Part shown: piece after piece, positions 20,889 through 29,720 of the stretch | Layout: each line of letters begins with the position of its first letter | How positions within the stretch are numbered: position 1 is the stretch's first letter | Source: an uncultured Sphingobacterium sp. | GTDB lineage: Bacteria; Bacteroidota; Bacteroidia; Chitinophagales; Chitinophagaceae | Length of the DNA: 48,446 bases | NCBI GenBank assembly: GCA_964631755.1 | Contig: CAZVYI010000004.1 | Coordinates: forward strand, 1 to 48,446 | Direction of reading: 5' to 3' | Translations under genes and position numbers: made by a program | The notes under the pieces: generated by a model | Told to the model about the DNA's origin: nothing | Database searches by the model: none | What the model saw: the letters and a program-made list of their open reading frames with translations, nothing else

Positions 20889-21794
20889 ATGTGGGAACCC
20901 TATAAAAAAGGCTTTTTGATGTATCTCCAATTGGAGAAATCGGTTTCCCCTAATACTATTGAGGCCTATACACTTGATTTAGATAAATTGATTCAATTTC
21001 TTCAGTTCAAGGAATTGAAATATGGACCAAATGACATCAATTTAGTACTACTACAAGAATACATCAAATGGATTGCTGAATTAGGAATGAGTGAACGCTC
21101 GCAAGCCAGAATTATATCAGGCATAAAAGCATTTTACAAATATTGTGTGCAAGAGCAAATCGTTCAACAGGATCCTACTGAATTGCTTGTAGCACCAAAA
21201 CTGAAGAAAAAACTACCTGATACACTAACATTTGAAGAAATAGAACTACTGATTGCACAAATTGATCTGAGCAAGCCAGAAGGCACAAGAAACAAAGCTA
21301 TGCTTGAGACCTTATACAGTTGTGGTTTACGCGTTTCCGAGCTCATCAACATCAGACGTTCACACCTTTACTTGGATATTGGATTCATTAGGGTAATTGG
21401 AAAAGGCGATAAAGAAAGACTGATACCAATTGGTGCTGAAGCCATTAAACATCTTCAAATTTACTTACAGGAAATACGATCTAAAATGAACGAAAAGAAG
21501 GGCAATGAAGACATTGCTTTTCTGAACAGAAGAGGTGGAAAGTTATCAAGGACAATGGTTTTTTACATCATAAAAGACCTTACTATTCAAGCAGATCTCA
21601 AAAAAAATATATCTCCACATACTTTCCGGCATTCTTTTGCCACACATTTGGTAGAAGGTGGTGCAGACCTCAGAGCAGTACAGGAAATGCTTGGTCATGA
21701 AAGCATTACTACAACAGAGATATACACCCATCTGGATAGAAATTTTTTAAGAGATACCCTAAACAGATACCATCCAGGATTCAAAAACAAATAA
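20889..21794 (+). CDS. xerD: Site-specific tyrosine recombinase XerD
   Basis: SAM-like N-domain; GLRVSEL, GKGDKERL, SPHTFRHSFATH and LGHESITTTEIY catalytic R-K-H-R-H-Y set; housekeeping context. Confidence 0.88.
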   Translation: MWEPYKKGFLMYLQLEKSVSPNTIEAYTLDLDKLIQFLQFKELKYGPNDINLVLLQEYIKWIAELGMSERSQARIISGIKAFYKYCVQEQIVQQDPTELLVAPKLKKKLPDTLTFEEIELLIAQIDLSKPEGTRNKAMLETLYSCGLRVSELINIRRSHLYLDIGFIRVIGKGDKERLIPIGAEAIKHLQIYLQEIRSKMNEKKGNEDIAFLNRRGGKLSRTMVFYIIKDLTIQADLKKNISPHTFRHSFATHLVEGGADLRAVQEMLGHESITTTEIYTHLDRNFLRDTLNRYHPGFKNK

Positions 21795-21819
21795 CTTCGC
21801 AATTCGAAATACAAAAAGT

Positions 21820-22128
21820 ATGAATACATCAACGTTGAGTCTATTAAGAAAAGTAGGAATTGCAGAAGGTCTATCCTTCCTCATTCTTCTGCTAATTGCA
21901 ATGCCCTTGAAATATTTCATGGGTATGCCAATGGCAGTCAAAATAACAGGATCAGCTCATGGAGCGCTTTTTGTACTTTATATTGGATTGGCCTATTATG
22001 CAAAAGAGGTTTATCAATGGCCATTCAAGAAATTTATCATGGCCTTTTGGGCAGCCTGGCTTCCATTAGGTACTTTTTTCTTTGACGCCAGACTCAAAAA
22101 AGACCAGGAAATTTTATCTAAGAAATAA
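21820..22128 (+). CDS. DUF3817-type small membrane protein
   Basis: AEGLSFLILLLIAMPLKY, HGALF and PLGTFF motifs; 102 aa, hydrophobic. Confidence 0.8.
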   Translation: MNTSTLSLLRKVGIAEGLSFLILLLIAMPLKYFMGMPMAVKITGSAHGALFVLYIGLAYYAKEVYQWPFKKFIMAFWAAWLPLGTFFFDARLKKDQEILSKK

Positions 22129-22162
22129 TTCAATCCATTTACAGACTACAAAAAACATAAAA

Positions 22163-22996
22163 ATGAAAAAAATTGTACTCGGTCTTGCAACATTGGCAAT
22201 GATCAGCTTCACTCAGGCGCAGGGATTAAAAACACCTTCTGCTTCTACATCTCAATCAGTTAAACAGGAATTTGGGCTTGGCAGTATTGAACTTTCTTAC
22301 TCAAGACCCAATACTAAAGGTAGAACCATTTTTGGCGATTTAGTCCCTTTTGGTGCTGTTTGGCGTACAGGTGCCAACAATGCCACAACACTTGCTTTTT
22401 CTGAAGAAGTAATTATTGGCGGCAAAAAAATACCTGCCGGTAAATATGGTTTATTGTCAATTCCAGGAGCAGCTGAGTGGACCCTCATCATTACAAAACA
22501 GCTCGATGTAACATCTCCTTCCGCATATAAGCAGGATATGGATGTTGTTAGGGTAACTGTTCCAACAGTCGCGCTCCCCTTCTCAATTGAGTCATTTATG
22601 ATTCTTTTCGACAAAGTAACCAGCACCTCACTAGAGTTGATGATTGTATGGGAACAGACTTCAGTTAGTCTTCCAATTAAAGTCGACATTGAAACTAAGA
22701 TCATGGCTCAGATTGATAATCTGATGAATGCCGATAACAGACCTTATTTCAATGCCGCAATGTATTACCTGGACAACAACAAAGATTTGAACAAAGCAGC
22801 TGAATGGCTTGAAAAAGCTACAGCACAATCCCCAAATGCCTACTGGGTATGGTACCAAAAAGCAAGATGTCTTGCTCTATTAGGCAAGAAATCTGAAGCA
22901 ATGACAGCTTCAAAGAAATCATTGGAACTGGCAATTGCAGGTAAAAATCCAGATTATGTAACACTGAATGAAAAACTTCAGTCAAGCTTAAAATAA
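22163..22996 (+). CDS. DUF2911-type exported protein with C-terminal TPR
   Basis: Signal peptide from ATG 22163 (MKKIVLG); YSRP..KGR..FG.LVP.G.VWRTGAN motif; TPR-like tail. Confidence 0.82.
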   Translation: MKKIVLGLATLAMISFTQAQGLKTPSASTSQSVKQEFGLGSIELSYSRPNTKGRTIFGDLVPFGAVWRTGANNATTLAFSEEVIIGGKKIPAGKYGLLSIPGAAEWTLIITKQLDVTSPSAYKQDMDVVRVTVPTVALPFSIESFMILFDKVTSTSLELMIVWEQTSVSLPIKVDIETKIMAQIDNLMNADNRPYFNAAMYYLDNNKDLNKAAEWLEKATAQSPNAYWVWYQKARCLALLGKKSEAMTASKKSLELAIAGKNPDYVTLNEKLQSSLK

Positions 22997-23016
22997 ATTC
23001 AACCGTATAATTTACG

Positions 23017-23046
23017 AACGCTCACTCTAATCGAGTGGGCGTTTTT
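23017..23046 (+). terminator. Rho-independent terminator
   Basis: AACGCTCACTC-TAATC-GAGTGGGCGTT stem followed by T's, between convergent genes. Confidence 0.8.
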
Positions 23047-23659
23047 ATTTGGCCATATACGTAATCCAATGTTGCTGAAGCTGAAAACTTGAAACGTTCA
23101 AAATCTCACCTGTTTGAGCAAATCGTACACTTGTATTTTCTAAGTCGAGATTTGAGGGCACAATCAAAATATCATTGGCAAAATCAATACCACCCCTTCC
23201 CCACCATTTGTAAACTGCTTCTTTAATTGTCCAATATAAAGTCAGCCTGGATATTTTCTCGATTTCTGACAATGCCGTTAATGATGATCTTTCTTTATGA
23301 TTTAAAAACTTATGCTCAATTTTTAAAACACGTTTATCAATTTTTTCAGCATCTATACCCACACCACTTAAATCACTGATTATGGCTGCTGCCAAATCAG
23401 TTGTATGCGTTATATTGAACTGCAAATCATGAGCTGGAAGAAAAGGCTTTCCTCCTTCATGCGCAATTATTGCTTCAATTGGAAAATCTTGATTGAGCTG
23501 TTTTAGCAGAAATCTAGTCGCAAGTTGTTGTAACCTTCTTCCAGGATGCGATGCAGGTGATGTATATTGAATAGCATTTTCAAAAAAACTGGCTTGTTCT
23601 TCAATTTTCCATACTGCTAACTTAAATGCAGCTGTTTCATTTAACATCAACAATCCCAT
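23045..23659 (-). CDS. 4'-phosphopantetheinyl transferase (Sfp/EntD-like)
   Basis: GKP, FNITHT, VGIDAE and WTIKEAVYK motifs. Confidence 0.88.
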   Translation of the reverse strand: MGLLMLNETAAFKLAVWKIEEQASFFENAIQYTSPASHPGRRLQQLATRFLLKQLNQDFPIEAIIAHEGGKPFLPAHDLQFNITHTTDLAAAIISDLSGVGIDAEKIDKRVLKIEHKFLNHKERSSLTALSEIEKISRLTLYWTIKEAVYKWWGRGGIDFANDILIVPSNLDLENTSVRFAQTGEILNVSSFQLQQHWITYMAK

Positions 23660-23769
23660 TGTGTAAAGTTAAGGGAATGACCAAATCTTGCCCTTGTTCA
23701 CAGTTTGTTGAAAAAAAATATTTCACAACTAACAAGCTATGACGAATTTACATCCGCAAAATACATGTG

Positions 23770-24306
23770 ATGATTTTATCTGATAAACGCATTCTGGAAG
23801 AAATGGAAAAAGGGAGTATAAAAATCACTCCATTCGATAAATCTTGTTTGGGTAGCAACTCCTATGATGTGCATTTGGGAAAATGTCTAGCTACTTACAA
23901 AAACCATATCCTGGATGCCAAAGAACACAATCAAATTGAATATTTCGACATCCCGGATGAAGGATTTGTTCTTTACCCGCATATCTTTTATTTGGGTGTA
24001 ACACTAGAATATACTGAAACGCATGAACATGTACCTTTCCTGGAAGGTAAATCCTCTACCGGCAGATTGGGTATTGATATTCATGCAACTGCAGGCAAAG
24101 GTGATGTGGGTTTTTGTGGCAACTGGACACTGGAAATTTCCGTAAAGCAGCCTGTAAGAATTTATCATGGTATGCCAATTGGACAGTTGATATATTTCCC
24201 TGTCGAAGGTGAAATTGAAGTAAAGTATAACCAGAAGTCAAATGCCAAGTACAGTGGACAACCTGATCGTCCAATTGAAAGCATGATGTGGAAAAACAAA
24301 TTTTAA
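23770..24306 (+). CDS. dcd: dCTP deaminase
   Basis: MILSD, SYDVHLG, TLE, EGKSSTGRLG, AGKGDVGFCG.WTLE, IGQL and KYSGQ motifs. Confidence 0.92.
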   Translation: MILSDKRILEEMEKGSIKITPFDKSCLGSNSYDVHLGKCLATYKNHILDAKEHNQIEYFDIPDEGFVLYPHIFYLGVTLEYTETHEHVPFLEGKSSTGRLGIDIHATAGKGDVGFCGNWTLEISVKQPVRIYHGMPIGQLIYFPVEGEIEVKYNQKSNAKYSGQPDRPIESMMWKNKF

Positions 24307-25043
24307 ACACAAATACCCCTAACCAATCTCCGGATATTTCCTATAGAAGTTTCCTGGTTGTTATTCGTTATCCCAAGCTGTTTTCGTTTTTTGGGTTTTT
24401 ATCGATGGCTCTATTTCACCTGCCCTTGGCTATGAACAAGGATATTGCTTTTTATAAATTGATGGGAACGGGTAAAAATGGAAGTTTTGATATCTGGCCA
24501 GACTTATCGCAATGGTCGGTGATGGTTTTCTACAGAAAAGACAACTATTCGACAACTGACTTTCAAAAGATTACCCATAAATTACTTGGGGGATTTATTT
24601 TAACCTGGCTAAAGTTATTTAGAGCAAATACCAGATTTTTTCACCTGGAACCCTATGCAGGTCATGGTACCTGGGACAAGCGAAGTTTCATTACACAACG
24701 AAAAACACCAGAAGAGCCTGTCGGGAAAATAGCAGTTTTAACTAGAGCAACCATCAGCATTAAAGGCTTAATCCCCTTCTGGAAAGCTGTCCCTTCAACC
24801 TCCCTTCATCTGAATCAACAACCAGGATTCGTCTATTCCATCGGAGTTGGAGAAGTCCCCTTGATCAAACAAGCCACATTTAGTATTTGGGAATCAGAGG
24901 CTGAAATGAAATCCTATGCCTACAAGATGAGGGCCCACCAGGAAGTAATAAAAAGAACAAGGTCAGAAAAATGGTATGCCGAGGAAATGTTTTTACGTTT
25001 CAAGTTATTGGAAGAATATTCGAATCAAAAAAGTCTCTCGTAA
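24288..25043 (+). CDS. Spheroidene monooxygenase (CrtA)-like protein
   Basis: F.KLMGTG, HGTW, AVLTRATI, FWKAVP, IGVGEVP..QATFSIW, YAY...H and W..E.MF.RF motifs recalled from CrtA. The start codon is uncertain. Confidence 0.72.
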   Translation: MEKQILNTNTPNQSPDISYRSFLVVIRYPKLFSFFGFLSMALFHLPLAMNKDIAFYKLMGTGKNGSFDIWPDLSQWSVMVFYRKDNYSTTDFQKITHKLLGGFILTWLKLFRANTRFFHLEPYAGHGTWDKRSFITQRKTPEEPVGKIAVLTRATISIKGLIPFWKAVPSTSLHLNQQPGFVYSIGVGEVPLIKQATFSIWESEAEMKSYAYKMRAHQEVIKRTRSEKWYAEEMFLRFKLLEEYSNQKSLS

Positions 25044-25934
25044 ATGAAAATTCTACTTACAGGCTGCAATGGTATGCTGGGTTCCAGTTTGTCTGAAAAG
25101 CTGTCAAGCACTAATCATACAACTTTGGCTACCGGCCAAACAACATGCAGACTTCCTTCCCATTTTTTCCATGATCATTTCATCTACCATAGTCTAGATA
25201 TAACCAACTCCGAAAAGACTTCTAAATTAATTCATTCATTCAAACCAGATCTCATCATTCATGGTGCTGCAATAACGCAAGTAGATGATTGTGAGTATAA
25301 TAAAAGTTTTTGCTATAGTGTTAATGTAGATGGAACCAATAATTTAATTGCTGCAGCAAAAGAGATAAATGCAAGATTTTGCCTGATTTCAACAGACTTT
25401 GTTTTTAGTGGAGAAGAAGGGCCATATAGTGAACCAGACCTAACAGGACCTGTCAATTATTATGGAGAGACTAAAGTACTGGCAGAGCAGCAGGTTATGT
25501 CCTCTGGGCTTAATTGGAGCATTGTAAGGACAATTCTATTGTATGGAAAAGCAGATCCCTGTAAAAGATCAAACTTCATTTATTGGGTTAAAAACAACCT
25601 GGAAGCTGGAGTAAAAATTAAGGTTGTCAATGATCAGATTCGGACCCCCACTTTTATTCCTGATCTGGTGGAAGGCATTTCTCTTATTGCAGAAAAAGGC
25701 GCCAGAGGTATTTTTCATATTTCAGGAAATGATATTATGACTCCTTATCAAATGGCTCTTGAGGTAGCTGATTTTTTAAAGCTGGACAAAAATCTCTTGG
25801 AACCAGTGGACGCTTCTACTTTTACACAAATTGGAAAGAGGCCACAAAAAACTGGATTCAAAATTGAAAAGGCAATTGAGGAATTGGGATATCAACCAAC
25901 TTCATTTAAAAATGCCCTGTCGCTGATTTTCTAA
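25044..25934 (+). CDS. RmlD-like (dTDP-4-dehydrorhamnose reductase family) SDR oxidoreductase
   Basis: TGCNGMLG, STDFVF, YGETK and DQIRTPT motifs. Confidence 0.85.
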   Translation: MKILLTGCNGMLGSSLSEKLSSTNHTTLATGQTTCRLPSHFFHDHFIYHSLDITNSEKTSKLIHSFKPDLIIHGAAITQVDDCEYNKSFCYSVNVDGTNNLIAAAKEINARFCLISTDFVFSGEEGPYSEPDLTGPVNYYGETKVLAEQQVMSSGLNWSIVRTILLYGKADPCKRSNFIYWVKNNLEAGVKIKVVNDQIRTPTFIPDLVEGISLIAEKGARGIFHISGNDIMTPYQMALEVADFLKLDKNLLEPVDASTFTQIGKRPQKTGFKIEKAIEELGYQPTSFKNALSLIF

Positions 25935-26018
25935 ACCCTTGAAAATCATACTCTTTACAATGTGGAAAAGACTTCTCAAATCATGGCCCGATTTACACTT
26001 CATATAACATTAAATTAT

Positions 26019-26026
26019 TAAATTTG
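26019..26026 (+). promoter_or_regulatory. -7 promoter element of pfkA
   Basis: TAAATTTG (TAnnTTTG) in the intergenic region. Confidence 0.65.
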
Positions 26027-26092
26027 CGACCGCCGCCCTATGGAATTCCTCAACGAAAGATTGCACATTATTAACCAGACCAACAACCCCCT

Positions 26093-27076
26093 ATGCCAAA
26101 AAAAGTAACAAAAATTGGTGTAATGACCTCGGGTGGAGATGCCCCTGGCATGAATGCCTGCATTAGAGCCGTTGTAAGAACAGGAATCTTTCACAATCTT
26201 GAAGTTTATGGGATTACCAGAGGGTATTCAGGGCTGATTGACAATGATATCCAGAAAATGGATTCCAGAAGTGTTGCCAACATCATTCAAAGAGGTGGCA
26301 CCATTTTAAAAACAGCAAGATGTAAAGAATTTCTTACGCCAGAAGGAAGAAAGAAGGCTTACAATAACCTCAAGAAACTTGGCATCAACGGATTGGTAAT
26401 CATTGGAGGTGATGGATCTTTTAAAGGTGCGCAAATTTTCTCTAACGAATTTGATATCCCCTGCATTGGAATTCCGGGAACTATTGATAAAGATATTGCA
26501 GGTACTGATTTTACAATTGGTTTTGACACAGCAGTCAATACTGCGATTGAAGCAATAGATAAGATAAGAGATACTGCAGATGCACACGATAGGTTGTTTA
26601 TTGTAGAAGTCATGGGTAGAGATGCAGGATATATCGCCTTGCACTCTGGAATTGGAACAGGAGCTGAACACATTTTGATTCCTGAACGCAAAACCGATGT
26701 TGAAGCCGTTTTGGCTTCACTTCAGGAAAAAGAAAAAAGAAAAAAACTGGTCAATATCGTAGTCGTTGCCGAAGGAGATGATTTTGGAGGAGGAACGGAT
26801 TTGGCAAATTTGATTAAAGAAAGAATTCCAAATTTTGATATTCGAGTAGCAATTCTTGGTCATATTCAACGAGGTGGGTCTCCTAGCAGTATGGACAGGT
26901 TAATCGCAAGTAGAATGGGATATTCTGCAGTTGAATGTCTTATAGAAGGCAGGTACAACCAAATGGTAGGTATCATGAACAACAAAATGCATTATACACC
27001 ACTTGACAAAGCCATAAAAGCAAAACAAAAAATCAGTGATGAATGGCTAAAAATTGTAAAAATTTTGGCAAGCTAA
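26093..27076 (+). CDS. pfkA: ATP-dependent 6-phosphofructokinase
   Basis: TSGGDAPGMN, GGTIL, GGDGS, PGTIDKD, EVMGR and LGHIQRGG motifs. Confidence 0.97.
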   Translation: MPKKVTKIGVMTSGGDAPGMNACIRAVVRTGIFHNLEVYGITRGYSGLIDNDIQKMDSRSVANIIQRGGTILKTARCKEFLTPEGRKKAYNNLKKLGINGLVIIGGDGSFKGAQIFSNEFDIPCIGIPGTIDKDIAGTDFTIGFDTAVNTAIEAIDKIRDTADAHDRLFIVEVMGRDAGYIALHSGIGTGAEHILIPERKTDVEAVLASLQEKEKRKKLVNIVVVAEGDDFGGGTDLANLIKERIPNFDIRVAILGHIQRGGSPSSMDRLIASRMGYSAVECLIEGRYNQMVGIMNNKMHYTPLDKAIKAKQKISDEWLKIVKILAS

Positions 27077-27087
27077 TTATACCATAC

Positions 27088-27110
27088 AGCAGAGTAAGAT
27101 CTGCTTTTTT
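27088..27110 (+). terminator. Terminator-like hairpin between pfkA and pyk
   Basis: AGCAGA-GTAAGA-TCTGCT followed by TTTTT. Confidence 0.55.
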
Positions 27111-27132
27111 ATTTTAACCATAACTTAAAACA

Positions 27133-28623
27133 ATGAGCAATAAAATAGATAAATACCTGCATCAGCAAATGGATAATAATGCTGGACATGAACATGCTAT
27201 CCACAGAACTAAAATTGTGGCCACTGTTGGACCAGCTTGTGACACCTATGAAAAACTTTTAGAACTGGTAAAAGCTGGTGTAAATGTGTTCAGGTTAAAC
27301 TTCTCCCATGGTTCACATGAGGATAAGAAAAGAATAATTGAGCATATCAGAAAAATCAATTCAACAGAGCCCTATAATATTGCCATTCTAGGAGATTTAC
27401 AGGGGCCAAAGCTCAGGGTTGGAGAAATAGAAAATAATGCTTTACACGTGAAGGAAGGTGACATCCTAACCTTAACAAATGAAAAAGTCGTAGGCACAAT
27501 GGAGAAGATTTATGTCTCCTACCCTAATCTTGCAGGAGATGTAGTGGTAGGCAATACCATTATGATCGACGACGGAAAGATTGAGGTAATGGTTGATGAA
27601 ATAACACCAACCAATGATGTAAAAGTAAAGGTTAAGCTTGGAGGTATCATTTCATCAAAAAAAGGACTCAATTTACCTGATACAAAAATTTCTCTTCCAG
27701 CACTGACTGAAAAAGATTTACATGATCTTGATTTCATCATGAAAGAAAATCTGGATTGGGTTGCCTTATCATTTGTGAGAAGAGTTGCAGACATCATTGG
27801 TATCAAGCAAATTTTGCAAGAGAACCAAAGTACTTCTAAGGTTATTGCAAAAATTGAAATGCCAGAAGCATTAGATAACCTTCAGGATATCATTGCTGCT
27901 TCACATGGTGTGATGGTTGCTAGAGGCGACTTGGGTGTAGAAGTACCTATTGAAAGAGTGCCCTTGATACAAAGACAAATCATCAGAGAGTGCATGAAGA
28001 GAGGAAAGCCTGTTATTGTCGCTACTCAAATGATGGAAAGCATGATTGATAAAGTAAAGCCTAACAGAAGCGAAAGCACAGACGTTGCAAACGCTGTGTT
28101 GGAGGGAACAGATGCAGTGATGCTCAGTGGTGAAACTGCAACTGGAAATCATCCCGCTTTGGTGGTTGAAACCATGCGTAAAATTATCATGGAAGCTGAA
28201 AGAACTGAGTACCGCTACAACAGAGAGGAAGACATTAGGCCTTTACCTGATTCCGCAACCTATATCAGCGATGCTGTTTGTTTAACTGCTTGCAGACTTG
28301 CTGACAGCACAAATGCAGACGCGCTGATAGGAATGACACAAACTGGTTATACAGGATTTGTACTCAGTAGTTATCGCCCAAAATCAAATCTATTCGTCTT
28401 TACAAAAGAAAGAAGTCTTGTTAATCAACTCAGCCTAAGCTGGGGAGTTAGGGCTTTCTATTATGATGAAGAAGAGGGATACGATCAAATCATTGCAGAT
28501 CAAATCAAGATTTTGCAAGAAAGAGGATTTATTAAAAAGGGACAAGTAGTAGTCAATACTGGTAGTACACCAGTAGAACTTCATTTACCAACCAATACCA
28601 TAAAGGTTTCAGTAGTTGAATGA
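27133..28623 (+). CDS. pyk: Pyruvate kinase
   Basis: RTKIVATVGP, RLNFSHG, DLQGPKLR, IAKIE, MVARGDLG, ATQMMESM and MLSGETA motifs. Confidence 0.97.
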   Translation: MSNKIDKYLHQQMDNNAGHEHAIHRTKIVATVGPACDTYEKLLELVKAGVNVFRLNFSHGSHEDKKRIIEHIRKINSTEPYNIAILGDLQGPKLRVGEIENNALHVKEGDILTLTNEKVVGTMEKIYVSYPNLAGDVVVGNTIMIDDGKIEVMVDEITPTNDVKVKVKLGGIISSKKGLNLPDTKISLPALTEKDLHDLDFIMKENLDWVALSFVRRVADIIGIKQILQENQSTSKVIAKIEMPEALDNLQDIIAASHGVMVARGDLGVEVPIERVPLIQRQIIRECMKRGKPVIVATQMMESMIDKVKPNRSESTDVANAVLEGTDAVMLSGETATGNHPALVVETMRKIIMEAERTEYRYNREEDIRPLPDSATYISDAVCLTACRLADSTNADALIGMTQTGYTGFVLSSYRPKSNLFVFTKERSLVNQLSLSWGVRAFYYDEEEGYDQIIADQIKILQERGFIKKGQVVVNTGSTPVELHLPTNTIKVSVVE

Positions 28624-29084
28624 TCAACACCAAGGGCTTAACCATCTATACTGACGGATCTTCCAGAGGCAACCCTGGCAGAGGTGGGTATGGTGCAATC
28701 CTCATGTGGAAAGGTGAAGTCAGGGAAATCTCGCAAGGCTATAAGTACACCACCAATAACAGGATGGAGCTTATGTCTGTCCTGGCTGCATTGGAAAATC
28801 TTAAGCGACCTGGATTATACATAGAAATTTATTCCGACAGTAAATATGTGGTTCAGGCAGTAATGGAAAAATGGCTGGACAAATGGATTGCAACTGATTT
28901 TAAGGGAGGTAAAAAGAATAGCGACCTGTGGAAAAGGTATTATGAATTAGCCAAGCTCCACCAAATAAAATTCATATGGGTTAAAGGACATGCAAGTAAC
29001 CCTTACAACCAAAGATGTGATGAGTTAGCCACTGCAGCAGCAGATGGAAATAATTTGATAGAAGATACTGGATTTATGCCTTAG
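28620..29084 (+). CDS. rnhA: Ribonuclease HI
   Basis: IYTDGSSRGNPG, TTNNRMEL, DSKY, WVKGH and N.RCD motifs; ATGA overlap with pyk. Confidence 0.96.
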   Translation: MINTKGLTIYTDGSSRGNPGRGGYGAILMWKGEVREISQGYKYTTNNRMELMSVLAALENLKRPGLYIEIYSDSKYVVQAVMEKWLDKWIATDFKGGKKNSDLWKRYYELAKLHQIKFIWVKGHASNPYNQRCDELATAAADGNNLIEDTGFMP

Positions 29085-29631
29085 CTTTAACCAGCTTACT
29101 TACCAATAGATTGTAAGTGCCAAACAAGAATAAACTAAATACTGCGGTTGCAACTAAACTGTTGTTGTAAAAAGGAATACCATCGATATAGGTTTGAATT
29201 AAACCACTAAATGTCATTCCTCGTTGGTAGCCACCATTACCTGCCCATGTGATGAAGTTTGAAGTCAGGAAAAACAAAGTAGGTGCTGCAATTACTCCTT
29301 TAGCAATAGATGAAATTTTTCCTGGTTGAATATAAAAACCAATGATGGTTAATGAGCCAAACAACAAATAGTTCACCCACATTCCATCATAAAAACCTTT
29401 TATTTCAAAGAGACCATTGATGTATAATAACTCATAGATGACATCTGATATCAACAATGAAAGTAATGGCAAAACGAATGATAGTTTTTTATCGGCAATA
29501 ACTGCACCTCCAAAAATAGCCATGGCAAATTGAGGAGCAAAGCCCCATGGTCTTCCGGGTATTGCCCTATACAATGCTGCGAGAAGGACTAACATGGAAA
29601 ACGAAAGCAAAGTATATTTATTCAACTTCAT
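29074..29631 (-). CDS. DUF6580-type putative transport membrane protein (S-component-like)
   Basis: About six TM segments; R.IP...FAP..AMA.FGGA, SD, FFL.SNF..W and Y..G.PF motifs. Confidence 0.72.
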   Translation of the reverse strand: MKLNKYTLLSFSMLVLLAALYRAIPGRPWGFAPQFAMAIFGGAVIADKKLSFVLPLLSLLISDVIYELLYINGLFEIKGFYDGMWVNYLLFGSLTIIGFYIQPGKISSIAKGVIAAPTLFFLTSNFITWAGNGGYQRGMTFSGLIQTYIDGIPFYNNSLVATAVFSLFLFGTYNLLVSKLVKAKA

Positions 29632-29720
29632 AATCAGAATTTGGACAAAAATAGGTATTTATAGCAGTTCAAATCATGATTCACGCAGAACAGTTTTCCT
29701 CATGATGTGCATAGCTTCAT

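Noticed and set aside
20889-21794. Tyrosine recombinase as a possible integrase or mobile element
   Set aside because: XerD-like length and motifs, housekeeping neighbours, and no att repeats, tRNA or cargo.
23004-23016. CGTAAATTA on the minus strand, resembling the leu operator motif
   Set aside because: It lies between convergent gene ends next to a terminator, with no promoter to regulate.
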